64,000 bases of DNA from the NCBI RefSeq assembly GCF_036321535.1, contig NC_087437.1:46626001-46690000 (forward strand). The letters are read 5' to 3'. The notes under the pieces are model-generated. The model was not told the origin of the DNA. It worked only from the letters and a program-made list of their open reading frames with translations, and searched no databases. Shown here in pieces: positions 24,770-38,035 of the stretch. The DNA comes from Camelus dromedarius. Taxonomy: Eukaryota. How positions within the stretch are numbered: position 1 is the stretch's first letter; each line of letters opens with the position of its first letter. The translations under genes were made by a program, and so were the position numbers.

Positions 24770-27700
24770 TAAATTTTAAAAAGATACCTGGAAAACTCAC
24801 AAATATTTGGAAACTATGTAATACATTTCTACATATTCTTTGAGTAAAAAAGAAATGAAACAAAATTAGACAGTATTTTGATCCAAATGAAAATGGAAAC
24901 ATAACATATCAACATTTGTGGGATGTGGCTAAAATAGCATTTAGAGGGAAAATTGTTAGCACTAAACAACCCTATTAGATAAGAAAAATGTCAAACAAAT
25001 GATTTCAGTTTCCATCCTATGATCCAGAAAAGTAGAGCAAATGAAACCTAAAATAAGCAAAAAAGAAATACATAAAGATCAATGAAATAGAAAATTAATA
25101 GAGAGAAATCAATGAACTCAAAAGCTGATTTTTGAGAGAGCAAATAAAATTGATAAACCACTAGCCAGACTGATCAGGAATAAAAAAGAGAAGACATAAG
25201 ACAATATTTTATGTTTTTATTTTATGTATTTTATTTTTCATTAGCTAAAACAAGAAAATAAAAGATCAAAAAGAAAATAAAAAGAAATGGTTGAGTAAGT
25301 TATGGTACAATTGACATGAAAGAATATTATTAAGCCACTTAAACAACTTGAAGAATTTATAACAATATGGAAAAATGCCTCTTCAATAATGTTTAGTGTA
25401 AAATCTGGGTTGAAACATGTACCATTAGTGCTATAATGAAGTTTGGAAGTAGAGATAACATTTTAATGAATGACAAAATGTAAACTAGTGTGATATTTGG
25501 ATACTCAGATGTAACCAGAGCATATAAGAAGAAAAACAAAACATTATTCTTCCATTCCATACTCTTGATAGATAGGTTCTTAAGATTGTAGTCAATTCTG
25601 GACTTCATAATTTAAAAGTAAGTTAGAATTCAGCAAGAAGATGTAAAATAAAAATAGTTCAGAAGATGATCAATTGACATTATTAGAAAAGGCTAAAGAT
25701 ATTGGCCTGCAGAATTCAAACAGTGTACACTATCTATACATGAATATCTTTATGCAAGTATTATCTACATTTTGTATACTTATTGAACATATTTAAATAT
25801 AAATATACTTAAAATATTTTTAAATGCTTACTGAATATGCACCCCATGAATGATAGATCTGTCATCACGATTTTTATGTATCAAACTTGTCATGTGATAC
25901 TGTTAGAAATCTTGCTGCCAGTTTGTACTAGTTGCTGCTGGAAGCCTTGGTTTGAGATCTAACCTATTATCTTTTTTTCTTTTTTTTCTTAAGAAAAGGA
26001 TATTTTTGTCCTGGAAAGGACCTCAGAGATTACATATTTCCAATACTTGATTTTGATAATGAGTAAACTGTGGTTCAAAATGGTAAAAAGACATCAAAGC
26101 TCAGAGGAATAATTACTGGGAAGAATCAAACCCCTGCTTTTTAACTCCTAATACAGTCACTTCCCTACTTTAAAAAAATCATTACATTCCATTTTATGGG
26201 GCACCTTTCCCTTCAGGCTGCTCCTATTTTGGTTAGATAGTTTCCTGAAGATAGAAATTTAATTGTTTGATCCAATAAAATGGGATTGCTGAAAATCCTC
26301 CCCAGTTTATAATCGTAATAATCAGTAGGTCACTTCTGACTTTGTATCCAGAATCTTGGACTGAAAAGCCCATTGGTTCTCCCTTGTCAAGTGTCAGGAC
26401 TATCAACTCAAACTGAGGAAAATACTGAGCCTCCACTGTGTTTGACACCATACTGGACCCTGACGATGTCACCGTGAACAGGATAGACTGGCATCAGAGA
26501 AACTCACTTTTAACTTCAAGTGCACAAGGCCAAAATGCACACCAGGGCAACGCTTAGTGATTAATCAACGTGAGGATGATGAGAACATTTTCTCACCATA
26601 CTAAATTTACAAGAGAAGCTGAGGACAATCTAGCTAAGAAGCGATGCCCACATTACCCAAGGGACCTCCAGGTTCTAACTTTTTCTGTGTGTTTCTGTAA
26701 CTGACAAACCCTCTGTGACTAAAATATTGTGTCCTTAGAAATGTTCATGCAGTTAATCTGGCCTTAGTCAAACCCTGCAGGCCTATGAGTCATTCTGTCC
26801 CTTTGAGGCAGCGTTGCATATTTCTGCTCTGCTCTGCTTTGATCTCTCAGTTTAACTCTCAGAGCCAGTTTCATCGTCACATTTCCAAGTTCTTGGGGGC
26901 ATCGTTTTACAGCCCCCTGTATTCACAACCCTCAGAAGGAGTCTGAGCTCTTTTTCTGTCCCTTTGTAAGAGCAGGCTTTGACATTAATCTCTTTGAGAC
27001 GATGTCCCTGAAACGTATGATTTAACATACTCTTTCTAATTTTACTCTGTGTTTCCAGCTACATGGCAGTGATGGTGTTTTGATTCTCAATAACGTTAAG
27101 AGCTGTTAGTGATGATCAGTAGAGTAGATGTTGCTCCTATGGTAGTGTTTTAGGCCTATAGAAATAAGTAGGATTTAGACAGTAGTTTTGCAGTTATGAA
27201 ATGAGATATAATACTCTTAAATCTTTTATGATTACCATTGTAGCTTTATTGAGACTCGGAATTTAAATGTGCTTTCAGCAAAAGAGCCAATTAAGTAGTA
27301 GAGAGAAAATGAAATTACATTTTATTCTGGATAACCAAATAGATGCTTTCTGATTTTATTTTTTAAATAAATTCCTTTTAAAACAGACTTTTGGAGCTGG
27401 GAGTCTTGAAAGGGTCATTTGATTTAGCCTCTTGTCTCTACACATTTCTATGCCCAAACAACTATTGTTAAAGATTCTAAAAATGGAGAATTCAAGATGT
27501 CCCTTGCATATTGTTTTCAAGTTCAATTTCCTATATAGTGCTTCTGCCTTCAAGAAACTCACAGCCTTGTGGAGAAGACAAATATGTGCACTCATAATTA
27601 AATACAGTGAGGCGCATGTTAATACAAGGATGTAGCAACTGCTATGGGAGCATGGGGTCAGACAAAGATCCACAAGGGAATCTTGGGCAAGTGAGGAAGG

Positions 27701-28554
27701 CTTTGTGAATTTGCAAGCACTCCATGCTCAGAGCTGTGTAATTCTTCCAATTTTAGCACATGTGCTGTGACACCTGCTCTTTCTATGTTGTTAAGCTTGA
27801 TGCTGAGGTGGGAAGAGACACTAATTTCCTCTCATCAACTCCTCTTTACAACATTCCTTACGTATGTAAGATGCACACATATCCATGGATCTTACAGACA
27901 AAGAATAATTATAATGAATTTCTAGGTCTATGCTGGAGAGGAAAAGAAAGGGGCTTATTTTCATCAACAGGCAATGTTCAACATGTCTCAGCGTTGAAGG
28001 CTCAGCAGATTATCCATGTAACTAGGCCGAGTTTAGCAAGAGTTGATTATATGAACTCTGTCATCAGAAAGTTTCCTTTTTTCTTTTTGGCAGGCTCAGA
28101 GGTTTGTCAAGCAAATGTTTGATTCCCAAAGCACTGTGACAGTGATTTCTGTTTTAAAATGTCTGGGGTCCACAGCCTTGATTTGTTTATTTATTGAAGA
28201 CTTGGATATGGATAGGGCCATAGATTCCTTCTGAAATCACCCTACAGACCAAGAGAACACTTCCCCAGTTGAATATGCTGTATTTGAGTGTCCTAACTAA
28301 GTGGGCCTTTTCTTGCAATATAAATGGGATTGTCTAGCTATCAGTAGGATAATTCTCTTTGGTACCCAAATAATTAGACCAATAGGGAGGTTAACAGAGA
28401 ATGTACTTAAGTATTTGAGTAAACAACTCCCTTGTGGTCCTTTATATCTAGTTATCCAATATATTTTTCAAAGAGAAATAATGAATCATCTCTTTCTAGG
28501 CTGCATAGATTTCTTTCTTAATCTTTTACAGAACTCCAGTTCTCGTTTTCCCAG

Positions 28555-29078
28555 CTGTAGTTTTGGTGCCTGATACTGCTACCTGGCACAAATCTATCCT
28601 TTTTTTCACAGAACTCCACTTTTGTTCATGGTGTCAATGTATGCAGCTAAAATCCACATCAGTTCCCCAGGTCCCTTATAACAAAGGGTGCTCGTGCAGT
28701 GCTGTCCTTGTGAGTGGAACTCACCAGGTTACACTGCTGGGACAGCTGTTACTTTCTTGATAGAACAAGGCAGATACAGCTCACATGAGCCTTTTTCCTT
28801 TTCACATTCATTACTTCTTCTTGTTTGGAGTGAAGGATTGAGGGCCAGTAAAGGGGAGTCACATCTGCACCGTAGGAATTGAGGCCACATTCTAAGGAGA
28901 GTAGATGAGAAGTTACCGGAAGCCTCATTCCTCCATGACTTCCTTGAGCAGCCTCGCCAGTGCCAGACTGCTCGGCTCTGGACTGCGTGGTCTGTGCAAA
29001 CAACAAATCGCTATTTGGTTGCATCATCACGGTTGAGTTTCTGTTACCTTTAACTAAAGGCACTGCTAACTGGTTGAC
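28555..29078 (+). mobile_element. MLT1K/L-like MaLR LTR
   Basis: CCATGACTTCCTTGAGCAGC..CCAGTGCCAGACTGCTC..CTCTGGACT; GAGTTTCTGTTAC near the 3' end. Confidence 0.55.
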
Positions 29079-29104
29079 TGCTCTTCCCTTTTCTTTGGAC
29101 AGGG

Positions 29105-29330
29105 CATTTAATATTACAGAAGGAGAACCTCTGGAGTTAGACACACCTGGATTCAAATTCCAGTCCTGCCTCTCAGTAGCCATGTGACCGTGGACAAGTT
29201 ATTTTACTGATGAGTTACTTTTCTTCTATGTAAAAACAAATAGTAATACCTTGCTCTTAGAACTATTACAATACTAAGAGAGGTGGTATATATCAAGACA
29301 TATTAAAATAATGTATTCACTAAATATCCT
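29105..29330 (+). mobile_element. MIR SINE
   Basis: CTCTGGAGTTAGACACACCTGGATTCAAATTCCAGTCCTGCC..AGCCATGTGACC. Confidence 0.8.
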
Positions 29331-29734
29331 TTCTGGTATCATCTCATTAAAACATCATTGTTATCATCATCCATAAATATTTGTTAATTCTGGACTACAA
29401 AAGCTCTTTGCCCGAAACATATTTAGGATAAGTTCCTAGAATTCCACCTCACTGCAAAAATGTAAAACACAAAAGCTAAACTGTGAATAAAAGAGCCATT
29501 GCTTTCTGATAAACAAAAGCCATAAAAAATGGAGAGTAGATCTTTAAAAAATTCCTTTCATTGAAGTAGAGCTAGTTGATTTATATTCTATCCTTAATCT
29601 CTATTTCCTAGAAATTTATGTCAGAAAAAATGTCCATGGGGAAAGAAATTACCACCAAATAATAGATCTCTTCAAAATGAAATTAAAAAAAAAAATCCTT
29701 TTAGAATAGAGTAAAATTCCCTTCACCATAGGAG

Positions 29735-29960
29735 GCAGGAAGCTTAGAAGAGAAGTAGGGAATTTAGATCCAGTACCCCTGGGTTCTAAACTCAGACCAT
29801 CATTTACCAGCCGTGTGACCTTGGCCAGTTTCTAGATTAGTAAGCCTCAGTTTCTCTTAGTGGAGCTGTATTAAATATTTTAAAAGATTATGCATATTAA
29901 GTGTCTGATATATTTCTTTAGTACAAAACAAGTATTTAATTTTAAAACAAGGCTACTATT
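29735..29960 (+). mobile_element. MIR SINE
   Basis: CCTGGGTTCTAAACTC..ACCAGCCGTGTGACCTTGGCCAGTT..AGCCTCAGTTTCTC. Confidence 0.7.
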
Positions 29961-31049
29961 ATTTTAAGTAAACACAGTGAGAGGAATGGATATTTATACC
30001 ATCATGTGCTGTGGGCCATTCTAAAGCAGCCATGCTGCTGGCCATAAAACCTCCTGTTATAGTAGATTGTGGAACCAGAAACTTTCAGAGTCAGTTTATT
30101 TCATAGTGTAAATCTGACAATCCAGAAAACCCAAGCCTGCTGGTTGATTTTCCAAAAACATCTCAAATTGCTTCTAAATCCTTGGCCATTAAAAAATACT
30201 CACTCAGTGGAAATAGTCTTCTCCTGCCCCAAACTGATAGGAAATGAGAACATGGCCCTTAGTAATCTTAAACATAATTTCATTTAAAATTTTCTAGATA
30301 TTTATTTCTTGTTAAAAAAAAAAAGGGAAGGAAGGAAGGAAAACACTTATGTTAGGGTGATATTTGATGGGAAAGGTGTCTACAGTGGAACTGTTCTAGA
30401 AGAGCCTCCTCTCTGCTGGGTGGCTGAGAAGGTCCTTTCTGTTATGGAGAAATAGCCCTGATTAGCGCCCACCTTTGCTGGTTTCCTGAAGGCAATCACC
30501 TGTCCACTGGTACAGGTGAAAGGAGAAACAGCACCATATATCTCTGAGTTTGCTCCATCCACTGCTACAAATGGCCAGCAACCAAACAGACTTTTCAAAA
30601 TTGTTGTCAGTTGCTTGTAAGCAAGGATTTTCTAGAATAGCTTACTAAGTTTAAACTGTGTTATTAATGCCAAGTTATGACATCATGCCATCAAAATGAA
30701 AAAAAATTGTTAATGGATCTGCTGACATAGTACCATTATCCAAAATCTGTGTCTATGAAGAATGCTATCGATAGTCCTCATTTCCTATGGGAAAACCATC
30801 TGTCAGTGTGATATGACAGGATGAGGTTTTATTAGGCGTGACACTTTTAATGATCTGATTAGGACTTGGAAAAGCGTATTGCAGATAATATTGGTAGAGT
30901 AACAATTTACTGATGAATCAGATTATAAGGCACTGTACAGAGCCCTAAAAGAAACTTCAGTGGGGAGAATTTATTTTGGAGCTTCAGAAAAAAATAATGA
31001 AAATACTTCATGCCTGCTCATTATTTTTCTTAGAGATCTTAACTCTCTT

Positions 31050-31103
31050 TTTTTTACCTTTTTTTTTTATTGAATTGGAGTCATTTTACAGTGTTGTGTC
31101 AAA
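31050..31103 (-). mobile_element. Young 54-bp 5'-truncated L1 tail
   Basis: Perfect 19-bp TSD TAGAGATCTTAACTCTCTT (31031-31049 and 31104-31122); poly(T) followed by TATTGAATTGGAGTCATTTTACAGTGTTGTGTCAAA. Confidence 0.92.
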
Positions 31104-31229
31104 TAGAGATCTTAACTCTCTTGAAATGCAACAGAAATTCTTGCAGTTCTACAGAGTATTTCATTTTTGAAATAATTACATTTCTTACCACTTGCAGTTT
31201 ATTTATATTACTCTTTGATTAAATAGAGC

Positions 31230-32330
31230 ACCCCTGACAACACTATACATGTTTTTAAGACATAAAGATACCTATAATGGAAACGTGAACTGAGTGCTGT
31301 TATAAAGAGCGAAAGCTCAAAGGGCTTCAGAGAAGAGGCGCTGTTTGAAGCAGGTCTTTACGATGAATCATGCTCAGAGAATCTGAAAACGTAAAATACA
31401 AGAAGTAGCAGCAACGTGTGCAGAGTCACAGAGCTATGATAGAGAAGGGTGTGTTCAGAGAGTGGTGAGAAGCCCGATGTGACTGGAGTACAGAGAACAG
31501 ACAGAAGTGGAGAGAAATGGGAAAGTGGGGAGTAGAAAAATAGGCTTAAAAAGATAAATTGCAGATAGAGTATGTTCCTGCAACTAATCATAACAACATC
31601 AGTGACAACTACCACCATTTACTTAGCACTTATTCTACTAGGTATGATAAGCACCATACATAATTTAATATTCTCAAATGCTTAGAGAGGACATTATTAA
31701 CATCTCCATTTTATGAGTGAGGAAGTTAAGCCATAGAAAGATTACTTCCCCAAGATCACACAGCTAGGAAGTGATAAAGTGATAATTCAGCCCAGCTCTG
31801 TGGGATTCCAAAGCTCATTTCCTTAACTGCTTAGCATATTGTTTCCCAATATGCTAGGGAGATCCTTCGGGTCTGTACCAAGCTGTTTGCACGTTATCCT
31901 CCAGGCATGGAAAAAATCAACGGAGGGCTTCAAGCAGGAGAGAGGTGTGGTACAGATGACAGTGTGGTGGTCAAAGGGGCTGGGGCAGCAGACTGCTGCA
32001 TGAGCTCTTTATATCTATCTGTCTATATTTACGTGTATCTATGTCATGTATGTACATTCATATATACATCATATTCACATATGCTCATATATAGCTATAC
32101 ATCTATATCCATATGTATATATGAGTAATCTACTGTTTGGGGGTTAATAAGAGTAGATAGGCATAAACCCTAGGTTTCTAAGTTGGGAGACTGGTTGACT
32201 TGTAGGTTATTTAACCAAGAAAGGAAATGCTCTAAGAGAAGCAAGATAAGAAGAAGTGATAATGAAGTTCATTTTCAACACCTTGAGTTGGAAATTCTTA
32301 TGAAGCACTAAGGACTGTTAGCATTTGGAT
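31230..32330 (-). mobile_element. L2 fragments with a nested MIR (31600-31840) and TA-rich low complexity (32010-32125)
   Basis: AGGGCTTCAGAGAAGAGG..., CCCTAGGTTTCTAAGTTGGGAGACTGG; MIR CTCCATTTTATGAGTGAGGAA..CCCAAGATCACACAGCTAG. Confidence 0.6.
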
Positions 32331-34109
32331 GTCTTTCTTTAAGCTACCTTTCAGGCTCACACTCTCCAGAATCACAAAAATGTTGCTGATTTTTTTTTCC
32401 AAGGTCTAAACCTAGTATCTGAAGTGAGAAGAACGACAATGCCCTTAAACATGATTGTCCACTTCTGAAATCCATTAAGGGTCAGACTTCTAAGACTAAT
32501 GACACAGAACATGAAAAGGAACGTAACATGGCTCCTGTCTCCCTCTGGCTCCGGGACTGGTATAAGGGACAACAGAGTAGGACGCAGGCTCAGAGTTCCC
32601 CAGTCACGCCTTTCTCACACAGACTCCCTGGGACGTAGAAGGGGAGGGTCAGTGACTGCCTTTAGAGTCAGCAGAGGAGCTTTTAATACTAAGGCTCCTT
32701 GAGCCTACACTTAGTAAGTCCTGTGTATCAGAATCAGGAATATATGTTCTTAAAAAGCTCTACAAGTAATAAACATAGTAGCCAACCGTTCCAATAATAA
32801 CATGTATTGAGCACTTACAGCAGTCCTTTTCTAAGTGCTATAAATAGATTCTCATAATTAATCCTTCCTTCAACCCTGGGAGATTTTTTTTGTAAGGATT
32901 TAGCCTCTGGTGAGCTGGTTTTCTCTAGCTCACTCATATCCACTTCTTTTTCTGACATAGAAAGCATGGTAAAATGACCTTCTGAATATTGTTTGTCCAT
33001 TTTCCTCATATACTTAGGTTATGCTCACTGCTTAGTCATGATGTAATTCTGATGGAAAACCACCACATGATGACAATAATCTTATCACCAGTTTTAACAG
33101 TGCCCTGCATGATCTTTACCAACATGTTCTACAAGAGACATTTGTTCATGCCGGCTATGAACTGAACAGGATGCTAAGTACTCAAGACACAAAAGAAAAG
33201 TAATGGTCTCTTTGCTCTAGAGGAACTAAACAAATGAACAAACAGACAATCTTCATTTCTCACCAACTTTTATTCTCCATAATTTTAAATCCCAGGGATC
33301 TTTTTCTCCTGTTTCTCCCATGTGACAATCCCATCAGGAAAGAGTTCAGGGTGCTTTAACCTCTAAATTAATTTTTTAATTTATATGTCATCTTTGCACT
33401 ACCCATGTCATTGCAATTATGTCTCCTTTTTGTCTTCTGCCCCCAGTCTCAAGCATCAAGACACCCCTAAAGGGAAATTAGAAATTATAACAAGATGTAA
33501 TAGGACCAAATTAGAAAAGCTAAATCAAATAGAGTTCTAAAAGACAAATATTGATGCCAATCAAAGCCTTAATCAGGCCAAGTAGCTAAATCAGTGTGAG
33601 CAGCCAAGAAGCAGCAGGTTATGTAAGGCAAAATCAAGAAATCAAGGTTTGGTGAGGCACCGCGGACCAGACACACAAATATAGGATAAAGGCCCTGTAA
33701 TCACCTAATGCAGCCTGCAGGTAGGGACTGGAGGACAAGGGGACATGACGAGGTCTTGGTGCTTTCTCCATTTGTGGCTTCACATAAAAATTCATCTTTG
33801 ATCAGATATAGAAGTTAGTGAGAAACAGCTAGAATGCCAAATAACTTTTAAAATATTTTCCAAAACTGGGCATTTCAAATAAGAATGACCGAATGGTAAA
33901 AATCCCAAGATACCTCTCAATGCAGGGCAATATTTGGCTAAGTTATTTGTCCTTAATTAATTCTCTGGAGGGACACATTGTTTTGAAAATGTTATAGTGA
34001 CAAGTAACTAGGTTTTGTTTTAATTATGGGACTGGGGACAGAATCTGTAGGGGGAAGACTTAGGAAAATAGATTTACTCTCCATGTAATGATAATAATAA
34101 TCCTAATAA

Positions 34110-34750
34110 GATAGCTACATTTATTAATTTAAACTATTTATTAAGTACCTACCATAGGCCAGGTCCTGTTCTAGGTGTTACGGATACAACAATTAGTAAG
34201 ACAGACAAAAACATCTTCTTCTCTCATGAGGTTTACATTCTAGTACAACAAGGCAGACAATAAACATAATGAATAAGTAATTTTTCAAATGTTTCTGAAG
34301 GCTGAATTAGTGAGATGACAAAAAAATAATGTAGGCTAAGGAGGGTGGGAAGTATTGAGGGCAAGGAGTGATTGCAATTAAAATAGAACAGCCCCTGGAG
34401 AGGGTGAGGAAGCCAGGCATTCAGATTCCCAGCATGAGCTTCCCCAGTGGGAAGACAGCCAATGCAAAGGACCTGAGGCAGAAGTGCACTGGTGTGCGTA
34501 AAGGTAAGGAGATCAGTGCGGCTGGAGGAGGAAGATGGAAGATGAGGGGAGATTGTGGAAGGTGAGAGGGGGAAGAGGAGGATAGAGGGAAACTCCTGGG
34601 GCTGTGTATTTCCAAGGAATTTGGATGAGATGAGGGAGATGGTGGGGAGTTTCAAGCAGAGGAATGGTGTGGTCCAGCTTCTCTTTTAACAAATGTGCTG
34701 GCTGTACAAATAGCCTGTGGGAGGCAAGGGTGGAGGCAGGGAGACCAGAT
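34110..34750 (-). mobile_element. L2 LINE 3' end
   Basis: TATTTATTAAGTACCTACCATAGGCCAGG..GTTCTAGGTG; GGAGGCAGGGAGACCAG. Confidence 0.8.
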
Positions 34751-34934
34751 GAGCGTCCCTAAGTGTTTGGTAAGCACCTGCTCCAATGCTGTGAATTTCA
34801 CATAGGATTCTGTCATAAGACTTTGAGGAATGTGATTCCATTTTCCTGATGAGGAATCTGAGGCTCAGAGAAGCAAAGCCTCAGGTCCCACAGCTTTAAA
34901 CACCATGCATTAGGTGTTTCCCACACTATGAGTT

Positions 34935-35490
34935 CTTAGAAACATTTGTTTAATAAATATGCACCTGAATCCATGTGGATACAGCAGTGAGCAAGGCAGA
35001 CCTGGTCCACGAAGAGCCTACTAGAGGAGGAAGACATTAGAACTCTTTTAAACTGTTAAATATATAATTATAAATGATGACTAGTGCTCCAGAGTGAAAT
35101 GCGTGGTGTTATGACAATGCACAAAATTTAATTTAGGTGGAGAGGTCGGGAAGGGAAAGGCCTTATAACAAAAGTGACAACCAAGCTGAAACCTTATGAG
35201 GACAAAGGAGTTATTCAGGGAAGGAGATGAGGGGAGATGGTTTCAGGCAGATGCATGGAAGCAGCAAAGAGATTAAACTTTCCTGAAGCTGAGGAAGGCC
35301 AGTGATGTTCAGAAGAGGAGAGACTGGTAAGACATGATGTGGGAACAGTAGGCAGAGGCCAGATCATGCAGGGTCTGATTGGCCATGGTGTGGAGTTTGG
35401 ATTTTATCCTAAATAAATGAGAAGCTCTGAGTATGTTTTAAATAGGAAGTGGCCTAATTTAATTTGGATTTTACAAGATCATTTATGATT
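34935..35490 (-). mobile_element. L2 LINE fragment
   Basis: GGCAGAGGCCAGATCATGCAGGG..GGCCATGGT..GGAGTTTGGATTTTATCCTAA. Confidence 0.75.
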
Positions 35491-36039
35491 TTTTGAAGGA
35501 GGGTATTTTATTCTTTAACACCTTCCTTTTCGAGGACCATTCTTTGAGTCCTGGCAGGCCCTGACGCTAGGACAGTAAAATCAAGATGAGGAAGAGACAG
35601 AGATACTTTTGGAAACAGTAGGAGAAAACTCACCTTGACAATGAAGGTCTTCTAACTGATCTTTACCTGCCCTCTCAACTCCCATCCTCCAGGCCTATCT
35701 AGATAGATCAGAACTCAGTGGAACCAAGTGAGCATCACCCTGTGATAGGAAGTGAGGAGAAAAAGGTGGGAGACTAGGGGTTGGAAGAAGAAAGGTTAAA
35801 GAGAAGAGAAGACAGACATCCTTAGGGAGGTTGTTTTGTGATGAATGGGAAGGACGGGCCACCCAGCACAGATGTAAAAAATAGAGACATAAGGACTCAA
35901 ACTTACTGAGAAGCCATGGGAGAGGATGAGCTGAAGGAGTAGCAGAGCCATTCTGGCCTCCATAGCTCCGTGGACCCTAGACTGGAGATTGTAGGGGACA
36001 ACTAAATTAAATTGGAAGCATCTCAGGGCAATGACAACC

Positions 36040-36220
36040 CACCACAACAAAAACAGCACGCACTGATAGTTAACATGCATCCGAAGCAATTTGCCTGTGT
36101 TAACACCTTAATCCCCACAGCAACACTCAGGTGGGAACTATTACTCTTCCCACTTTATGGAGGAATTAATGGGGGCACAGTGAGGTTAGGGATCTTGCCT
36201 AAGGTCCCTAAGTTAAGTTA
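36040..36220 (-). mobile_element. MIR SINE
   Basis: TTAATCCCCACAGCAAC..CCCACTTTATGGAGGAA..GAGGTTAG..CTTGCCTAAGGTC. Confidence 0.65.
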
Positions 36221-37008
36221 GAAAGCGGTGTTTATGTAAATGTCATGGTCTCCATTCTCTTTGTACCACACCCACTGCAATTCCCCCCACCCCTCATTTT
36301 AGTTTCAGGATTAATGTCCACTAATGGGCTGATTTTTCTAAGTGTCACAGCCTCATTCACAACAGAATCTGGATATAGCCAAACAATGTAAAACTGCAGA
36401 AACTGTGTCCTTCACAGCCTCCTCTGATTTGCCTCCACGCCACTTCAATCAGCTGTGAGGACCCTCTGGAGTCCTCAGGGCTAGTGATGAATTCCTAATG
36501 TAGTGCTCATTCCTTTCAGTGACCAGTCATCGTTCTAGTGCCGGGCACATGACACAACTCTTACAGATTATTTAGTTTTGATTAATATTTCATCATCTTT
36601 TCATAGATTTCAGGAAATGTATTTTAGTTTTTATGTTTCCAAGGAACTGTATTTCTTAAGATCAACTGATGAAATGGTAGAAAACAGCTGCCAGGAAGAT
36701 AGTCATTACTGCTACTGGAAAATGTAGGGCATGGATCTGAAATGAAGATTAAGCTCTTTTCTCCCTTATTGAAGTGTGGTTTTCTGCATTGGTTGAACGC
36801 TTCCCTGAGTCACTGTAAAATGGAGCCACTTAATCAGTGTTATGGAAATATTTAAAACATTCAAAAACAAAACGTGTTACAAAAGGCATCAGCACTTAGA
36901 AAGAAATGTACATTTTAAATTTCTACAATTACAATTCGTATAATTACAACTTCTTAGTAATGATTTCTAATATATTTGAACTCATTGCCACCTCAATTTT
37001 TTTAATTA

Positions 37009-37611
37009 ACTTTTTTTAAATTGAAGTATAGTTGATTTACAATATTGTGTTAGTTTCTGGTGTACAGCAAAGTGATTCAGTTATAAATATATACTTTTCA
37101 TATTCTTTTTAATTATAGGTTATTACAGTGCATTGAATATAGTTCCCTGTGCTATACGGTAGGACCTGTTGTTTATTTTATATATAGTTATCTGTGTCTA
37201 CTAATCTCAAACTCCTAATTTATCCATGCCGCCATTTCCTCTTTGGTAACCGTAAGTTTGTTTTCTGTCTGTGAGTCTGTTTCTGTTTTGTAAATAAGCT
37301 TATTTGTATCATTTTTTAGATTCCACATATAAATTTTATCACATGATATTTGTCTTTCTCTGTCTGACTTTACTCAATATGATAATTTCTAGGTCCATCC
37401 ATATTGCTGCAAATGGCATTATTTCATTCTTTGATGGCTGAGTAGTATTCCATTGCATATATATACCACATCATTATCCATTTATCTGTCAGTGGACATC
37501 TAGTTTGTTTCCCTGTCTTGAGTATTTTAAATAGTGCTGCAATGAACATTGGGGTGCATGTATTCTTTTTTTTGAATTAGAGTTTTCTCCAGATATATGC
37601 CCGGGAGTGGG
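37009..37611 (-). mobile_element. Artiodactyl-type L1 3' end (~600 bp)
   Basis: TTGAAGTATAGTTGATTTACAATATTGTGTTAGTTTCTGGTGTACAGCAAAGTGATTCAG; imperfect TSD GCCACCTCAATTTTTTTAATTA / GCCAACTGAATTTTTTAATTA. Confidence 0.9.
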
Positions 37612-38035
37612 GCCAACTGAATTTTTTAATTAGCAATCTGTATACTTACCAAGGAGTTATTGTGTTTACTTTATCTCTAATCAATATAATTCTATCAAGT
37701 AACATAGCCTCTACTGTATGCAAAATAAACTATGCTTCCCATGAGGAAAATAGAGACACAAATACAACATATCTTTAAAGTTGGAATCAGAGCACAGGTA
37801 TACCAACAAGTAGTTAGAATTAGAAACAAATGAAGTAATTCTTATAAAATAGGTTGAAGGAAAGGTTTGAGGGGCTGCAAAGAAGGTAGAGTTAAGAGAT
37901 GGGATTTCCTGGAGGACGTGCCATTAAGTAGAATCTTGAATAATGTTCTGGGCTTAAGTGTACCATATGTGCAAATATTAAGTCTTCAAGAAATATTGGC
38001 TATATTGGCTTTATATGAACAAAGTTAAAAATCTA

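Larger units (their letters stand above)
21940..25200 (+). mobile_element. Ancient L1M: 5'UTR, ORF1 remnant and ORF2 endonuclease remnant
   Basis: A-rich sense L1 motifs (CCCAGATTCAAGAAGCTCAAC, TTCTCATCAGAAAC, AAAATAGACCATATTCTGGG, AAAATTGATAAACCACTAGCCAGACTGATCA); interrupted by two Tigger MITEs. Confidence 0.85.

Noticed and set aside
26233..26472. 79-aa ORF with a superficially PDZ-like LTLDKGEPMGFSV stretch
   Set aside because: Non-ATG start, no flanking splice sites in frame, and the rest lacks domain features; a BLASTp/HMMER hit would be needed
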